A DNA stretch of 64,000 nt, taken from Vicinamibacteria bacterium. Its GTDB lineage: Bacteria; Acidobacteriota; Vicinamibacteria; Vicinamibacterales; JAENWD01. The notes under the pieces are model-generated. The model had not been told where the DNA came from and ran no database searches. It saw only the letters and a list, made by a program, of their open reading frames with translations. This document shows, piece after piece, positions 61,851-64,000 of this stretch (the first letter of the stretch is position 1; the number at the start of each line of letters is the position of its first letter). Position numbers and translations under genes: made by a program. The stretch lies in NCBI GenBank assembly GCA_963739995.1, contig CAVUCH010000018.1, positions 208,922 through 272,921 of the forward strand, given 5' to 3'.

Positions 61851-64000
61851 TCAGGGCAGGAAAAACCGCACGCCGCCGCGAATGGTGAGGGGCACCCCGA
61901 TGGTGCGCGTAGGCGTTCGCCCTGTGTCGTAGTCGGTGTCCAGGAGATTTTCCACCGTGGCGAACGCCACGACGCGGCGCGTCACGGGGCGCCTCAGCGA
62001 CAGATCGAGCAGCGCCGCCTGCCGCAGCACCAGCGTGTTCCGGTCATCCTCGAACTGATCGCCGAAGGCGCGGACCTGTACCTGCACGCCGACCGCGCCG
62101 GGCGCCGTCCACCGCACGGCGGCCGTCCCCTGCCAGACCGGCACCTGGGGCACGCGGTTGCCCGATAGCGCCTGGGTGTCGACGAAGCGCGACCGCGTGA
62201 ATGCCATCGAGCCGAGAAGTGACAGGCCCTGTCGCACGCGATACTCGCCCTCGGTCTCGAGTCCGCTCGCGTGAACGGTGCCCGCATTCTCCCGGCGGCG
62301 CGTGATCAGCTCCGGCGTGGACGATAGGGTGACGTTCGTGATGGCCGACTCGAGGCTGCCGGCGAAGAGTGTCGTCCGCAGCGTGCCGCGTGGCAGCTCG
62401 ATATGTGCCCCGAGCTCACCGCTCGACAGCTCCTCGGGCTCGAGCGACGGGTTCGCCACGGTCACCGCGTTGCCGACCCGGAAGCCCCGGTAGCGTTCGT
62501 TCAGAGTGGGCGGCCGGAACGACGACGTGAATGCCGCACGAATGGTGACATGGTGGGCGAGACGGTACGAGACCGACACGCGCGGTGACAGAACCCCGGT
62601 GCCCTCAAGCCCGTCGCGTTCGCGTTGCCACAGGTCGCCACGTGCTCCCGCCACGAGCGTCGTCCTCGAGCCCAGCTCCGCGCGGACCTGCGCAAACACG
62701 CCGCTGCTGCGCTGAAACCCCCGTGTGTTCGTGACCGACCGTACGGGGCCCGAAGGAAGGAACGCGGTCTCCTCGTTGGTGGCGACAATCTCCCGGGTCT
62801 CTGCCCCGGCGAGCAGATCGATCGACCTGAACAGGCGGCGCCAGGTCAGACCGTACCCGAACTGCGAGGCCGGCACCCGCTGGCGGACCGTGAGCGTCTC
62901 AGTGTTCCGTGATGCCCCGATAGACGAGAACGCCTGCCGGTACACCTGGTCGCCCAGCTGTCCATAGGTCTCGAGCTGTCCGCCTCCGACGGGCACCGCC
63001 AGATCGAACCGTGCCTGCCGTACGCCGGTGCTGTTGGTCTGAAGCGGGGTCCCATTCTCACGACTCTCCCCGAGACCGTCGCCGCGCACGCGCAGCGACC
63101 ACCCGGACGGGGGCTGGATCGCCACGACGGCCAGGCCGCTGAGGTAGTCGCTCCCCGCGCGAACATCCACGCTGCCGCGATCCTCCGGTGCGATCACGTA
63201 CGTGCCATCGGTCCGGCTTGCCTCGCCCGCAATCGAGGCGGTCCACCCGCGCCCGGCCGTGCCGGTGAACACCGACGCGCGCGGCGTCGCGTGCGAGGCG
63301 GCCTCGATCGTGGCGCTCGCGGATGGTCCACGCGGCCGCAGGGTCAGAACCTGCACGACACCCGAGAGCGCATCGGCGCCGTACAGGTCGCTGGCGCCTC
63401 CGCGGACGACCTCTACACGCTCGATCGCCGCCTGCGGCACGCGGTCCCAGTAGACCCATCCGCCAAACGGGTCGTTGAGCGGCGCTCCATCGGCCAGCAC
63501 CAGCGCACGGCTCGCACCGGATGCCGACACACCCCGGAGGGATGCGCCCTGCGCCGTCGGGTTCGCAGTGCGCGAGGAGGTACGACGAAACAGACTGAAC
63601 CCCGGCACGCTCCGCAGCACATCGTCGAGCGCAGGTGACGCCGCGAGCTGCAGGTCGGCGGGTGTGACCACGGAAACCGGCGCCGCCCCTTCCAGCCGCT
63701 CGCTGCCGCGGGTGGCGGTCACGCTGACGGTCTCTCCGAGCGCCCGCGGCAGAAGCGTGATCCGCAGTTCTTCGGGCGCAGCGCTCGCGGTGCCGTGTGC
63801 CGGGACGAACGTTCTCGCATCGGATGAGCGGAAACCCGGAAGTGTGATCGTGAGCCGACGCCAGCCCGGCGCGGCCGTCGTGATTTCGAACCGGCCGTCA
63901 GCTGTGGTGGTTACGGGAAACCCGTCTCCGGAATCGATGGAGACTGTGGCACCAGGGAGGGGCGACCCGGCGGGATCGACAACGATGCCGCGGATGGGCG
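61851..64000 (-). CDS. TonB-dependent receptor (partial; 5' end beyond the window)
   Basis: The frame stays open from 61851 to the window edge. The upstream part reads like a carboxypeptidase-regulatory domain (IRGIVVDPAGSPLPGATVSIDSG), then a plug (VEVVRGGASDLYG) and a barrel ending ...GGVRFFLP. Confidence 0.85.
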   Translation of the reverse strand, partial: PIRGIVVDPAGSPLPGATVSIDSGDGFPVTTTADGRFEITTAAPGWRRLTITLPGFRSSDARTFVPAHGTASAAPEELRITLLPRALGETVSVTATRGSERLEGAAPVSVVTPADLQLAASPALDDVLRSVPGFSLFRRTSSRTANPTAQGASLRGVSASGASRALVLADGAPLNDPFGGWVYWDRVPQAAIERVEVVRGGASDLYGADALSGVVQVLTLRPRGPSASATIEAASHATPRASVFTGTAGRGWTASIAGEASRTDGTYVIAPEDRGSVDVRAGSDYLSGLAVVAIQPPSGWSLRVRGDGLGESRENGTPLQTNSTGVRQARFDLAVPVGGGQLETYGQLGDQVYRQAFSSIGASRNTETLTVRQRVPASQFGYGLTWRRLFRSIDLLAGAETREIVATNEETAFLPSGPVRSVTNTRGFQRSSGVFAQVRAELGSRTTLVAGARGDLWQRERDGLEGTGVLSPRVSVSYRLAHHVTIRAAFTSSFRPPTLNERYRGFRVGNAVTVANPSLEPEELSSGELGAHIELPRGTLRTTLFAGSLESAITNVTLSSTPELITRRRENAGTVHASGLETEGEYRVRQGLSLLGSMAFTRSRFVDTQALSGNRVPQVPVWQGTAAVRWTAPGAVGVQVQVRAFGDQFEDDRNTLVLRQAALLDLSLRRPVTRRVVAFATVENLLDTDYDTGRTPTRTIGVPLTIRGGVRFFLP

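Noticed and set aside
1-64000. Prophage, integrative element, toxin-antitoxin or known defence system
   Set aside because: I recognised no integrase, transposase, recombinase, phage structural, restriction-modification, cas, or TA-like small gene pairs. RecQ at 35551-37422 has the full housekeeping RecQ architecture (helicase, Zn, WH, HRDC) and no defence-type partners.

Overview
This is a 64-kb, visibly GC-rich (about two-thirds G+C by eye) bacterial chromosomal segment with dense, largely operonic coding; I support about 50 CDS. The gene content suggests Acidobacteriota or a similar soil phylum (inference only): TonB-dependent receptors with carboxypeptidase-regulatory-like N-domains, many TAT-exported Gfo/Idh/MocA, GMC and TIM-barrel sugar enzymes, and DUF4142. 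Modules from left to right: (1) sugar oxidoreductase/isomerase genes and an osmoprotectant-type ABC transporter; (2) fdhD plus a YdeP/FdhF-like molybdoenzyme; (3) a minus-strand periplasmic sugar-oxidation operon (GMC flavoprotein, small subunit, TIM barrel, secreted protein, lactonase); (4) feoAB with a Fur-box-like operator; (5) a tightly coupled flavin oxidoreductase - MFS - Zn-peptidase-like - ATP-grasp operon; (6) a polysaccharide-utilisation-like cluster (GH88-like, TonB receptor, large glycosyl hydrolase, frameshifted SDR); (7) recQ, a NagB-like gene and MFS transporters; (8) a Spy-like chaperone and a serine hydrolase; (9) an Omp85-type barrel coupled to an exported protein with kinase-like motifs; (10) a Pho module (phoBR-like, porin-pstSCA without pstB, DUF47-PiT); (11) a TonB receptor - YfiR-like - GGDEF operon; (12) a partial TonB receptor at the right edge. 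I recognised no rRNA, tRNA, CRISPR array, transposase, integrase or phage genes. Many gene junctions are 1-4 nt overlaps (GTGA/ATGA), which supports the operon calls. The non-coding space is unusually structured. It holds several unrelated tandem heptamer arrays (one a 35% G+C island), a 166-bp element with perfect 24-bp terminal inverted repeats, and a dispersed REP-like hairpin family. The best candidates for undescribed biology are the Omp85 + exported kinase-like pair, the TonB-receptor/YfiR/diguanylate-cyclase operon, the peptidase-like/ATP-grasp operon and the heptamer-repeat islands. All family assignments come from reading motifs by eye and need database confirmation.
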